Part shown: positions 25,995 through 38,800 of the stretch, in pieces
How positions within the stretch are numbered: the first letter of the stretch is position 1
Layout: each line of letters begins with the position of its first letter
NCBI GenBank assembly: GCA_030390025.1
Contig: CM059436.1
Location: 30,380,001-30,444,000 of the forward strand
Reading direction: 5' to 3'
DNA from: Squalus acanthias
Taxonomy: Eukaryota
Length of the DNA stretch: 64,000 nt
Translations under genes and position numbers: made by a program
Notes under the pieces: model-generated
The model's input: the letters and a program-made list of their open reading frames with translations, nothing else
Databases searched by the model: none
What the model was told of the DNA's origin: nothing

Positions 25995-27266
25995 AGTGAA
26001 GAGATGTATATCGGCACAGCATATATAGTCAGAGAACACTGCCAGACGATTACAGTTAATCTTTCTAACTGCCCTTCATCGCACCTTGGCAGAGAGACAA
26101 TCACTGCAATCAAAGGCGTGAATGGTGTTCAAACAGGTCAGTCAGGAAAACATTACATCAAAGACAATGTGGCAGATGCTGGGGTCTGTATGGAAAACAC
26201 ACAACTTTTTTTGCTGGAAATCACAGCAGGTCCGGCCACATCGGTGTAGAGAGAACAAGCCAACGACGACTCGAGTCTGGATGACTCTACGTCAGGTGGG
26301 GCTACATATAAGCGTGACATGAACCCAAGATCCTGGTTGAGGCCGTCCTCATGGGTGCGGAACTTGGCCATCAGTTTCTGCTAGACAATTTTGCGTTGTG
26401 TGTCTCGAAGGCCGCCTTGGAGAACGCTTACCCGAAGATCGGAGGCTGAATGTCCTTGACTGCTGAAGTGTTCCCCTACTGGGAGGGAACACTCCTGCCT
26501 GGCGATTGTTGCGCGGTGTCCGTTCATACATTGTCGCAGTGTCTGCATGGTCTCGCCGATGTACCATGCTCCGGGCATCCTTTCCTGCAACGTATGAGGT
26601 AGACAACGTTGGCAGAGGTACATGGTACATACTCATGTGACTCGGCCAACATCGTCTACCTCATACGTTGCAGGAAAGGATGCCCGGAGCATGGTACATC
26701 GGCGAGACCATGCAGACACTGCGACAACGTATGAACGGACACCGTGCAACAATCGCCAGGCAGGAGTGTTCCCTCCCAGTCGGGGAACACTTCAGCAGTC
26801 AAGGACATTCAGCCTCCGATCTTCGGGTAAGCGTTCTCCAAGGCGGCCTTCGAGACACACGACAACGCAAAATTGTCTAGCAGAAACTGATGGCCAAGTT
26901 CCGCACCCATGAGGACGGCCTCAACCAGGATCTTGGGTTCATGTCACGCTTATATGTAGCCCCACCTGACGTAGAGTCATCCAGACTCAAGTCGTCGTTG
27001 GCTTGTTCTCTCTACACCGATGTGGCCGGACCTGCTGTGATTTCCAGCAAAAAAAGTTTTGTGTTTTCCATACAGACCCCAGCATCTGCCACATTGTCTT
27101 TGATGTAATGTTTTCCTGACTGACCTGTTTGAACACCATTCACGCCTTTGATTGCCGTGATTGTCTCTCTGCCGAGGTGTGATGAAGGGCAGTTAGAAAG
27201 ATTAACTGTAATCGTCTGCCAGTGTTCTCTGACTATATATGCTGTGCCGATATACATCTCTTCACT

Positions 27267-27303
27267 TCACCTGACGAAGGAGCAGCGCTCCGAAAGCTTG
27301 TGA
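27267..27303 (+). ncRNA. minimal type I hammerhead ribozyme in the PLE pLTR
   Basis: UCAC-CUGACGA-A-GGAGC-AGC-GCUCC-GAAA-GCUU-GUGA: intact CUGANGA/GAAA core, 4-bp stem I, 5-bp stem II and palindromic AGCU stem III. AATAAA follows at 27309-27314. Confidence 0.8.
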
Positions 27304-28338
27304 TTTCAAATAAAACTGTTGGACTATAACCTGGTGTTGTGCGACTTCTCGCATTTGTCCACCCCAGTCCAACACCGGCATCTCTACATCATTTATAAAT
27401 GGAGGTATTGAGTACAAAAGCAGGGAAGTTATGCTGAACCTTTATAAAGCTGTGGTTAGGCCACAACTAGAGTACTGAGTCCAGTTCTGGTCACTACACT
27501 TTAGGAAGGATGTGAAGGTCCTTGAGAGGGTGCAGAGGAGATTTACCAGAATGGTTCCAGGGATGAGGTATTTTAGCTACAAGGTTAGGTTGGAGAAGCT
27601 GGGGTTGTTTTCCTTGGAGCAAAGGAGGTTGAGGGGAGACTTGATAGAGGTGTACAAGATTATGCCTGGTTTGGATAAGGTAGACGGAGAAAGGTTGTTC
27701 CTATTAGCTGATGGTACAAGGACTAGGACACAGATTTAAGGTTTTGGGCAAGAGATACAGGGGGCATGTGAGGAAAAACTTTTTTTTACACAGCGAGTGG
27801 TAATGACCTGGAACTCGCTGCCGACGATGGCGGTGGAAGCAGAGATGATCAATGATTTCAAAAGGAAATTGGATAGGCACTTGAAGGAAATAAACATGCA
27901 GGGCTACGGGGATAGAGCAGGGGAATGGGACTGACTGGAATGCTCTACGGAGAGCTGGCATGGACTCAATGGGCTGAATGGCCTCCTTCTGTGCCGTAAT
28001 GACTCTATGACTGCACCTCAAAAGTGCTTAATTGACTGAAGCCTTTTGGGCTGTCCTGTGGTTGTGAAAAGCACTATACAAATGCAGATTCTTTCTCTGC
28101 TTCTAGGGACCCTTCCTTCTTCCACATAATGTGGAATATGTAATTGTTTCTCAAGCTCAGTATCTTATGATCGAGGAATTCCAACCTCCATTCCAGACAA
28201 ATTCCTTATACCCAGCCTTCTCACTTTGGGCTCTCAACACAATTCAAAAGATACAGCAGTGTGAAAGTTATACTAGTAATGCTTTATTGTTCACACAGAC
28301 CAGTTCTTGAACATGCCAATGAGCAAAGGCAGGAACTT

Positions 28339-28515
28339 CAACAAAAACTTGCATTTATATAGCGCATTTTAAGGTAGGAAAACATCCCAAGGTGCTTCAT
28401 AGGAGCGTAATCAGACAAAAAGCTAGGTCATAGATGTAGGTTTTAATGGTGGGGTGAAGGGAGTGGGGGCCATGGAGGAATGCAGAGTTCATGGAGGGTT
28501 GTAGGGCTGGAGGAA
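28339..28515 (-). mobile_element. L2 LINE 3' end fragment
   Basis: CAACAAAAACTTGCATTTATATAGCGC...CATCCCAAGGTGCTTCA matches the L2 ends at 39911 and 52675. Confidence 0.65.
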
Positions 28516-29204
28516 ATCGTGCCTCACAGGAATCATCCTTCGCAAAGATGGGGGTCAAACACTGCAGCTGATCCTAAAGACCATCTAGTTCTCTAGAGTA
28601 TCTCACCTGCAAATGTTTGTGTTTTACAAAAAGTAAAGTGGGAATGGACTGCCTATGCAGGCTGAGAGGCAGAACTGGCCAAATGCAATGCAGACCTTTC
28701 CTACGACACTGCAGATAGTTAGTGCCAGATCCTGCAGCATATAAAGCCCAAGGCCTGCACTGTAGCACCATTTGATCTGATATTTACCAGATATGGATTA
28801 CCTATTGATCTCTTAAACCCACACCCACTCCTCCCATGAAAATAACTGCACCTGTAGGGGTAAATTAATGGGTGGGGTTATTTGCAGAATAAAGATCATC
28901 CTACAAGATGTGCAAGTTTCTTCCATGAACTGTGGGAGCATACCAAACTGGTACAATTTAGGAGGGAAGACTAATGTTTAATAAATGGCATAAGGATTAC
29001 ATTTGGCAGTCTTACAGATACTATCAATTGAAAAGCAGTTGAGATGTCCAGTACCTTTAACCTGTATCCATGGTCTCTAAAGTAACTTTGCCTTTTTAGA
29101 ATACCAAATCAAATACAACTGACCTACAATGTTGTCTAATTTACTTGCAAGCCAAAACTAACACAATAATTATGGTTTTCCATGTACGATAATTACAGGG
29201 GTTG

Positions 29205-31085
29205 ACTGGGATGATAACGTGCCTCTGAGGCAGAAGGTTGTTGGCCCAAACCCCACTTCAGGACTTATTTACATAATATAGGCTGTGTAATGCTGAGGGA
29301 AAGTTGCATTGTTCAAGTTGCCAACTTTTAAATGAGTCTGCCCAATCAAGTGGATGGATGAGATCTTTCAGCACTATTTGAAGAGCAGTTGTCGCTATCC
29401 TAGCCAATATTCCTTCTTGTAAGTCAGAATCAGATAACTATAGGTCTGTCGATTTAACTTCCATTATCGGCAAGTTGCTAGAAGGCATTATTAGAGATGT
29501 TGTATGATTGTCTTGAAAGAAATGGGGCAATTAGCGAATCACAGCATAGCTTCTTGAAAAGCAGGTGCTGTCTCCAATTTGATTGAATTTTATTTTTAAG
29601 GAATTTACCAAGTTGGTAGATGATTGAAGCCCATGAATTGTGTATCTAGATTTTTCAACGTCTTTGGGGAAAAAATGCTGCACCGAAGGCTAAGTAAGGT
29701 CTCTTTTGGGATTGGCGGCAGATCTTGGGTTGGATAACAAATTGATTGCATTCACTTAGACTGAGAATAATTAATAGTCATGACTCTGTGTGGGGACTAG
29801 TCATTAGTGGAGTCCTGTAGGGATCGGTGTTGGGGCCGTTGCTGCTCTTTTTATTAATATGGATAAAGGCATTGAGGGAATAATATACAATTTTGTGGAT
29901 GATGCAGATATGTGGGATTTGGGACCTTGGGTGGAAAAAAAAATACTTTGGCAGATCAAGATATCATGGGTGAATGGGCTAGTGTCTGGCAGATGTCTTT
30001 CAATATAGACAAGTGGAGTGTGATGCTATTGGGCAGGAGCAATTCCAAGCATGAACACACACTATGCAAGGTTGTGAGCTCGAGGTTGCTGAGGGGATAA
30101 GGACAGAGGGGTTGTAGTTCGTGAATCATTGTTTGGAAAGTGAATAGGGTTTACAGATGTATAGCTAGGATAATGAAATAGAAAATTAGAAGTCCAATCC
30201 TTTTCTTGTACAAGGCTTGGTCTGGTTGCATGTAGAATGTTGTGTTCTGTTTTGGTCCCCTCCACGTGGGTGAATATCAAGGCCCTGGAAAAAGTTCAGA
30301 GGCAGGCCACTCGATTTGGTACCTAGCTTAAGGGCCTTTACTTATAAGAACAGGCTTGGAGAACTAGGACTTTATTTACTTTGGAGAAGAGTAGACTTTG
30401 AGGGAATGTGATTGAGATCTTTAAAAAATAATGAGGCTTGGATTGTCCCGTTGGATAGGTTATTTGGGATCGATAGGTAGAGAAGGACTATAGGGCATGA
30501 GTACAAGTTACAAAAGCATAGAATTGGGTTAGTATGTTGGGAAGTAATTTTCATAGAGTTTGTGATCTCTGGAATAGGTTGCCCGAGTCTGGTGCATTTG
30601 GATTTCCTGCAGGTATTCAAAATGGACCTGGACAAAAGTTCCTGAGAGTGGAAGATATTTCAAATTTGACGGTAGGTGGGTTAATGGGGACTAGTGATAC
30701 CATTCAGCGTGGTCTCTTGGAGCTTGACTAGGATTGCGAAACCTCCAGGATTGTCCTGGAGTCTCCAGGAATTAAAGCTTAATCTCCTGGGCACTGCGCC
30801 AAGAAACCCAGGAGAGAAATCACTGGAGAATTGTTTTCATGGGGTTTATCATGCACCATGTTGTGATGGGGAGGTTTAATGGAGCAGCTAGTCTTTTCCT
30901 GTCCTTTTTTTCTTTTAACCAACACCAAAATAGATTGACTCGTCAATCATCTCGGTTCCTGTTTATGGGACAATGCTGCACGCAAGTGGCTGCCACATTT
31001 ATTTGTATAAGTGACTGAACAGTGGAGATGAAGTACAACCTGAAAATGTGATGAGGTGCTTTAACGTTTCAAGATTTTTTTTTCC
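29205..31085 (+). mobile_element. Deu-domain SINE (29205-29420 and 30915-31085) split by an old decayed CR1 (~29425-30905)
   Basis: SINE head GCCTCTGAGGCAGAAGGTTG to CCTAGCCAATATTCC resumes as AACCAACACCAAAATAGATTGACT. The intervening DNA has decayed CR1 RT motifs (AACTATAGGTCTGTC, GGATCGGTGTTGGGGCCG, TTTGTGGATGAT). Confidence 0.65.
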
Positions 31086-33940
31086 ATGACCAGGATTTGG
31101 AAAAAGTTACTTTTAACACTGGATTTTTAAGCCAAATGTGTATTCTAACTATCTTTCTTTTTTTAAAAAAAAGATGGTGCTTAATGTCCTAAATGGAACT
31201 TTTTTCCCCCCAGGAGGCTAAACTAAACATTTGTTAGCTTGTCTGGGTAATTGAAAAAACATATCGCCCATTGTGTTGGAAAACCCTTTGTTGTCAGTCT
31301 GTTTGGGCAGTAGAGGTGAAGAGAGACACAGATAACACAAGCAGTCTGACTTTTGGAAATGGGATGCTGCACAGATGATCAGGCTGCAAAAGACTGCCTT
31401 GGACTGTAGGACAGAATAGAGGAGTTGGTCTGTTGAGTCATGCAAGATGACCCACTGGTGTGTGTTAATGCCATGTGTTCATTATTACACGAGTCAATTG
31501 AACCAAGTGAATCTGATGATTTATTTACCACGGAATAAACCACATCTTATTTCAACTTGGCTGTTTGAGAGATTGAAGAAATACACATACAAAAAACACA
31601 CTCATCCAGTTTAGGTTACAATGGTTCCATTTTTACATTCTTTCTTCTCCCCCAATCCCCACCAGTGTACAAGTACATATAGGGCAGTGTGTCAACTCCC
31701 GTAAAGGAAAGACAGTCAGACCACTTGGGCAAATAACTGATGCCGCTGAACCTGCAAAGATATCCACAGCAGACCCAAATTTGTAAGAGTGCTATATACA
31801 TGCAAATACTTAAACACATGACTGTTTCACAGTAGATATTATAATGATGCTCTTCATTTGGGAGCAGGGAAGTTGTGGTTTTCCTATATTCATATAGACT
31901 TTCCATTTGGTAGCCAAAATGATTGCTATAAGTTTTTAAAAAATCAACTAGATTGTCACTCAAATGTCAACTATTAACATTTCATATCTTCCATCTGTTG
32001 ATCATCCATCATTATCCTTCTAATCAGTGACTGTTGCTTGCAATGAAGGAGGAGATTTGATTAAAATAGTCCCTCTATTCCCATAAAACCAACAATCAAG
32101 TGTAGTAGCGAGCATTCCTGCAAGCTGGGCCGATCACTGGTTTATAGAAGCAGCTTTGACATTCTGCAAGCACCATGTGTCTTGGCTCGACCTCTGGTCT
32201 GCAGTAGTACAGCTGGGATTGGTTAGAGTCCTCATAACTGGTGCACAACTGGAAAAGCCCTAGATTGGAGGGGAGGAGAGTGCCAGGTTGAATTGAGGGG
32301 ATAGATGACCAGTGTGAACTGGGGAGGGTTGGAGGAGAGTGATGGGATGGGAAGTTGGATGGGGTACAGTTTCTGCGAACTGGGCAGGAGATTGGATTTT
32401 GGCAAGTGACTGAGGTAACTTTTTGAGAAGTGATGTGCTGGTTGGTCTGTTGATCTAAATGTCACTTTGTTTTTCCTTTTTAGAGTGCAAAATTTGTCAT
32501 AATTATCAAAATTTGCACAAGCCAAGATTGTACCTTCACGATTTGGATTTCCATCTCCGGGTTTTTATGTATTTTTTCTCCTGCCATACAAGTGAAGGCA
32601 TAGCGAGTATACCACAAGCTTAAGTTACAAAACCTATGCGACTATTTGTTTTCACACACCAGAGGCTTATAATCAGGGTTGTGTTTGACTTGTCAGCATT
32701 TTAGGGGATGTGTCAACTTTTACTAGTTTTCTAGATTGGCTTGTATGTTTCTTGGGCTTGTTAAGTTCATAATTGGGAGGAGCAAAGGACAGAGGGTTTG
32801 TTCCTCCTGGCGCCAGTATGCGGCAGCCCCGTGGCCCATTCATCTTCTGATGCTTTAATGACTGAGTTCTGTTCACTTCGTTGCAAGCAAGTTTTCTATG
32901 GTTGGTTGGCAGTGCAGTACTCAGTGCATTTTGCACTATACCCACTTCTCCAATTGCCAGTTAAAGAATGTAATGCATTCTACTAAAAAAAATGCTAAAT
33001 TAAGTGTCAAAAATGAAAAATTGAGACCATGCCCCTAGATGTACAGTATACCTACTTCTAAAATTGCTGCTACACTATTGTCCTCTGTTGATCAAAGTGA
33101 GTGGAATGCAGGAAAATAATAGAGAAATCCTGTTGAGGCAAGGCTGGAAGAGAGATGGATGGTTGTTGGCAAAGCGTTGTGAGCCTATAAAACGATGCTT
33201 TAATTCACCACATATAACATCACGAGAAATGTACTAGTTTAATATAATGCAAGGATTGCTTCTCGGTATATGCATGCATACCCTGTGACAAGGGTGCCAC
33301 AATAAAACATTTAGCTGTCCTTGCAATTCATATTTTTACATCCCTTCCAGGTGGGTGACAGAAAAACTGAAGATTTTTTCCAAGAAATGATGGTGGTATC
33401 CAGACTTCCGAAGTATTTCTATTCATGCAGCCTCCTGCTGATCTCTGGTCTTTTTTTCAAATTGGGATGAGATCTAGTAAAGTTCAGACAAGGGCTCCAA
33501 TTCCTCCAGAGTAGGAGTCATGGGAAATGTGCATAAAGAAACAGGAATTAAATACAGGAAATGCTCTAAATGTATATGGCCTTTTAACAGGAACACTGGG
33601 TGAGCTTTGTGCACAAACAGCTTACCTAGGTTCACTTGACTACTGCTCAAATTCCTGCTATAGCCAGGCATTGGGTGCAAGCTAATGTGAATAATATTGG
33701 CCAGACTGTTAAGCTGCTCAAACAATTAATCATGCTATTTGTTGGACACAGGAGCCAGGATAGCTAGCCAGAGTATTGTACTGAACCACTTCACATGGTT
33801 AAGTATCTTGGGTTTTCTTGTAATACTTACAGGAAAAGTTGGCAGGCTGCCCTTTTGAGAATGAGATGGCAGGAAAACTGAATAGTTTTAAAAGCACCAA
33901 TGAAGTCTGGTTTCTGTTGATATTGCTGGGTGGAGACAAT

Positions 33941-34620
33941 TGGCTGGATTTTCATAGGGCCGTGGAGGCGGGTTTGGCGGGTTAAAATTGCGAAAAGTGG
34001 CGGGCGGACCTGATCCCATCTCCATTCCGCCTCCACACAATTTTGATAAAATTGTGTGCGGTGTTCCCGACTCCGTCCCGCCTAAAGAGGCGGGAGAGGC
34101 CATTAAAGCCCTTAACAAGCCCTAAATTGGCTCTGTAATGCCATTTTGAAACGTTTTAGCTAGTTTAACCCTTTTCCCACGTGAAGCATGCCTGATGTGA
34201 AACATGCCAGTGAAACCTGGTGGGAGCACAAGTGGATAGCTGACTATCAGCTGCAGGTCCACTATTACAACGGAGATGTGATGAAGGTAGTAGCCTGGCC
34301 TTTGCTGTGAGAGGTCTCTTGCTCTCTCACTCTCTCACTCTCTGTCTGTCCGTCCCCTGCTGCTCATTTTGCATCCAGGTCCACTCACAGCAAAGGCCAG
34401 GCAGTCTCTGAAGACCTTCAATGCAGCAGCAATGATGACATCATCAGAGGCGACTTTCAGACTGAAACCACTAATTGGTTCATGGGTTCCCACATGCTGG
34501 AACTCAATTGCCCAATTAGGTGAAAATTGCATCAATCTCCCACATCTAATTGCAGTCGGGTGGATAACACGAAATGCGGATGACACGACCCCAACCCGCC
34601 CCAGTATCAAAATCCAGCCC
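33941..34620. mobile_element. non-autonomous DNA transposon (PIF/Harbinger-like MITE)
   Basis: Terminal inverted repeats GGCTGGATTTT (33942) and AAAATCCAGCC (ending 34619), GC-rich GGCGGG/CCCGCC subterminal motifs, flanks AAT / ATT. Confidence 0.6.
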
Positions 34621-35109
34621 ATTGTGATAAATTTTTGTTTTTAATATTGGGTGCAGAACTTCATGTGCTGGGAGCACATATCAGAAAACTGGATGCATGC
34701 TGCCAGTAACTTTCCGCCCATTAAAATGAATGGAAGGAAATTTGTGCACTGCCCGCAAGGAATGGAAAATTGTGGGTAGCGTGCACCAAATGTGCTAAGA
34801 GAATAACCATCATTTTCACTGCCTTGTTTCTTGTGAATCATCCATGTTATAAGGGGAAACAACATGGCTAGGTGTACACCCTGTGCTACCTGAGAAAAGC
34901 TGCCACTAATGACAAGTGCACATAAATTGGTAACACACCCTGCTAACATTGGATCAAAGGACTCTCCTGTGATATACTCCAATTTCAAAGTGGAAGTACA
35001 AGCCTTGGCGGATATGTTGTTCAGGCTTGTGTTCCTATATGGGTTTAAGCAATCCAAGAAGCTTGTGAAGCTGTAGGCTCTTCAAATTTAAGACCTTTGA
35101 TTCTAGACA

Positions 35110-35401
35110 GATGCTTCACTTGTCTAGAACCAGGGGTCACAGTCTCGGAATAAAGGGTACTGAGATGAGAAATTTCTTCACTCAGAGGATGGTTAATCTT
35201 TGGAATTTTCTACCCCAGATGGCTGTGGAGGCTCAGTCATTGAGTATATTCAAGATCGATAGATTTTTGGATATTAAGGGAATCAAGGGATATGAGGATA
35301 GTGCAGGAAAGTGGAGATGAGGTAGATCAGCCATGATCTTATTGAATGGCGGAGCAGGCTCGAGGGGCCAAATGGCCTACTCCAGCTCCTATTTCTTATG
35401 T
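35110..35401 (+). mobile_element. CR1/HER1 3' fragment
   Basis: RNFFTQRMVNLWNFLPQ plus the canonical tail. Confidence 0.85.
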
Positions 35402-35792
35402 CTCAGCACCCTCTATCTTCTTTGGACATAAATAGGGTGATTCTGAAGTCCATTTGTAGAGTTTCCCCCCCCCCCCCGGAAGATTATTTGAGTTTTACTT
35501 GATTCAGAAAATTAGCCTACCTGAGTTGTATCCACTGTTTTGCATTCCAGCATGTTACATCAGAGTGGCAGGACATACCTCACAGAAACCAGGGTTTTGA
35601 CAAAGAAGGGCACGTGATCTAACTTTCAATATAGTTTTGTAACCTGTATTTATTATTGGTAAATCTTTAGTTCACAGATCTGTTCCCCTTTTTTTAATTT
35701 TCAAAAATAATAATGACCTCCTGAAAAAGCTATTAAAATTTGGTTTGGTTTTGAGAGCCTAACTTTTTAATTCTATCAACTTGATGTATCTT

Positions 35793-36395
35793 AAGAAATT
35801 AGGACATAGGAACAGGAGTAGGCCATTTAGCCCCTTGTGTCTGTTCTGCTGTTCAATGAGATCATGGCTGATCTGTGACCTAACTCCATATACTTGCCCC
35901 ATATCCCTTATAACCTTTGGTTAACAAAAATCTATCAATCTCAGATTTAAAGTTAACAATTGACCCCACATCAACTGCCATTTGCGGAAGAGTTCCAAAC
36001 TTCTACCACCGTTTGTGTGTAGAAGTGTTTCCTGAAAGGCCTGGCTCTAACATTTAGGCTATGTCCTAGTCCTAGACTCCCCAACTAGCGGAAAAAGTTC
36101 TCTCTATCTGCTCTATCTGTTCCCTTAATATCTTGAAAACTTCGATCAAATCGCCCCTTAACCTTTTAAATTCCAGGGAATCAAACCCTAGCTTATGTAA
36201 TCTCTCATTGTAATTTAACCCTTGAAGTCCAACTATCATTTTGGAAAATCTATGCTGCACTCCCGCCAAGGCCAATATATATTTCCTAAGGTGTGGTGCT
36301 CCGAACTGAACACAGTACTCCAGGTGTGGTCTAACTAGGGCTTTGTACAGCTGTAGCATAACTTCTACCCCCTTGTATTCTAGTCCTCCAGATAT
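35793..36395 (-). mobile_element. CR1 3' fragment
   Basis: Minus [22 protein letters not shown]...RLRGDLIEVFKIL plus the reverse-complemented tail. Confidence 0.88.
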
Positions 36396-36964
36396 ACACA
36401 GACGTTGTCAGCTGACAGCTGAGCATAGTGGCAGGGTTATCAGTCACAGAACAACGCCAATGTGCAACGTCTGTGGCTTATAGCTCTACTGAGCCACTTT
36501 ACAGCCAGGGAAGTAAGTGCTGAAAAATAAATATACATGTTTTGCCAATCTGTTTTATAAATAGAATACACAAGGAGGTAGGAGATCTATGGTTTGTATA
36601 GAATAAAGGGCACTTGTCATGATTGATATAACTGGCTCGTTTGTGTTGTATGCAGTATGTTGCCATTGCCATTTTATTTTCTGTGGTATCAATCTCTGTG
36701 TATCATCTATGTACACTGAGATATTCATACCAGGGAAAGCATTATGGTGTAGGGAGGATCCCTGAATCCATCAGTAAGATTGATGTCTTAGAAAATAGCT
36801 GAGGAAAACTTTGACTCAATCGCAATGTTTTTGAAGAATGTAAATTATACAGTGCAGCATTAAGTATCCAGATTGACTTAGCAAGTCTGCTGCTAATGTC
36901 AGGTTATACCGGGTCAGATGGTGTGGTCATCTGCAGCAAATACTTAATGAGCAACTTTTGCAGT

Positions 36965-37210
36965 TACTCGGGTAGCATTCTCGCCTGAGTCAGAAGGTTG
37001 TGGGTTCAAGTCCCACTTCAGGGACTTGAGCACTTAATCTGGGGTGACACTCCGGTGCAGTGCTGAACTGCTGGAGGTGGTACCTTTCGGATGGGACATT
37101 AAACAGAGGTTATGTCTGCCCTCTTGGGTGGATGTAAAAAAATCCCACAGCACTATTTTGAAGAGCAGGGGAGTTCTCTTTCTGGTGTCCTGGCCAATAT
37201 TTATCCCTCA
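36965..37210 (+). mobile_element. Deu-domain SINE 5' portion
   Basis: GGTAGCATTCTCGCCTGAGTCAGAAGGTTGTGGGTTCAAGTCCC (B-box) followed by the Deu-like core. Confidence 0.7.
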
Positions 37211-37689
37211 AGGAAGCAAATCCTGGCAATACATCAAAAGATGTGCAATGTTGTGATGACTCAGACTAAATTGTACCTAGGATCATAAGCGATTATAAAT
37301 CAGGTTACTCTTGACAGTCCAAAGGTGTCATTTAACAATGATAAAAATCTCAAATTAGAGACTAGTATTGAAATCTCAGTACCTTTTAAAATATATTATA
37401 ATTAAACAAGTATAGGCCCCATGCCAGTGGCGACATGTTTAAATTACACAGCAACTCTTAAATCGGCTTACTAAGAACATCACAGGTTTAATTCATTGGA
37501 ACAGTATGGATGAAAAAGGTCTAAAGGGAAAAAAAATAGGCCAATACAGTTTCTCATTGAAGTCTGGTTTAAACTGTTATGTTCCTTTTAGGCAATTAGT
37601 GTATGTATTTTTTTACCACAGTAATTTTCAGTGTTTTTAAAAAAAAATAGTTACTTGGAAAGAGTCTTTTTGATTGCCTGTGAGGATAC

Positions 37690-38125
37690 TGGTTTTTTTT
37701 TTACAGTAAGGAAATGCATGCATTGGTGGCAGTACAGAAAATAGCAGCCAAGCTGATACCTAACTTAAGGCCTATGAGTTGTAAGGAAAGGTTGAAGAGC
37801 ATAGAATTCATTTTAGGGAAGAGAAGGCACAAGGAGATATTATTCATGATGCTAATCAACATAAATTGAACACCAATTAATATGCTCCAAGATTGTCGCA
37901 TGCAAACCAGGGAACATTGTTTCAAGCTTGGGAGAGGGAAGAGGCAGAAACACTTTAGCTGAACATGTGCAGTGGGCTACACAAGGAGGCAATGGTGACC
38001 GATAATGTGATAACATGTAAGGGAGAATTGAGTAGATATTAGTGAGTTGGTACTTGAGAGGTATTGCATTTGGGGGCCAACCAGATAGATTGGGTAATCT
38101 TTTCTGCTTAACTTTGTATTCCTAT
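37690..38125 (+). mobile_element. old decayed CR1 3' fragment
   Basis: GCATTGGTGGCAGTACAGAAAATAGCAGCCAAGCTGATACC...GAAAGGTTG...AGAAGGCACAAGGAGAT resembles ALE.VQRRATKLIP...ERL...RRLRGD. Confidence 0.5.
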
Positions 38126-38657
38126 GTATGTGTAATCTTGTCAGTTTCCTAATGCTTGATCAAATGCCTCATAATTCTAATAGACTTTTATTTCTGCATG
38201 AGTCTTTAGTATAATCCAGCCTACTACCTGGTCTATACAACTGAATCATTCAGTGACTTCTCGCTCTTGAAGTTGTTTCTATTGGTGGCAGTGAAAGACA
38301 TGACCATGGCCAATTTGCCTGGCTCTATCTACTGCATCTGTCCAAGCAGTTTGGCACAATTAAGTAGAGAACAATGTGGGATGGAAGAAGCTTTATTTTT
38401 TTATCATTATTTTGTTTTTGACACTAACTTCATTTTCTTCAACTAGGTTAAGTAAAGGAGCAATTTCTGTTGAAACCACTTGGCAATTGATGTATGCAAA
38501 TTTGCTGCCATGAATTTTAATGTAATGCTCTGCCCTTTCTCACCCTGCCCCCACCCCCAAAAAAAACAGCTTTTATACTGGTGGGTTAATTGATGTTACA
38601 ACAATTTATTCTGTTTATTCCAAATGGTCAAATTGCACTGTTTATGACATGGGGGCA

Positions 38658-38800
38658 GATGTTTCTAGACACAAAAGACATCGAGGGGTATGGGGAGAGA
38701 GCGGGAATATGGTATTGAGATAGAGGATCAGCCATGAACATATTGAATGGCGGAGCAGGCTCAAAGGGCCGAATGGCCCACTCCTCCTATTTTTCTATGT
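38658..38800 (+). mobile_element. CR1/HER1 3' tail
   Basis: GGATCAGCCATGAACATATTGAATGGCGGAGCAGGCTCAAAGGGCCGAATGGCC. Confidence 0.75.

Larger units (their letters stand above)
25908..27391. mobile_element. Penelope-like element (PLE): two inverted 3' ends (GIY-YIG endonuclease remnant and pLTR) forming a ~710-bp-arm palindrome
   Basis: Arms ~25907-26617 (-) and 26641-27354 (+), ~23-nt spacer. Translation NIVYLIRCRKGCP/AWYIGETMQTLRQRMNGHR...VGEHFS...GLN is a GIY-YIG nuclease. 37-nt right-only tail 27355-27391. Imperfect 12-bp TSD TTCATAAATAGA / TTTATAAATGGA. Confidence 0.92.
25284..28012 (+). mobile_element. CR1 LINE, 5'-truncated, interrupted by a Penelope-like insertion
   Basis: ORF pieces KAFDKVPHKRL...GVPQGSVLGPLLF, DLGVHVHRSLK...YGILGFINR, then LERVQRRFTRMVPG...LRGDLIEVYKIM; tail GGCCTCCTTCTGTGCCGTAATGACTCTATGACT. 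Confidence 0.92.

Noticed and set aside
26004-27257. Paired near-identical small ORFs (81, 72, 95/96 aa) on opposite strands
   Set aside because: They mirror the palindrome. Only the GIY-YIG fragments are meaningful, and those are broken by a frameshift and a stop.
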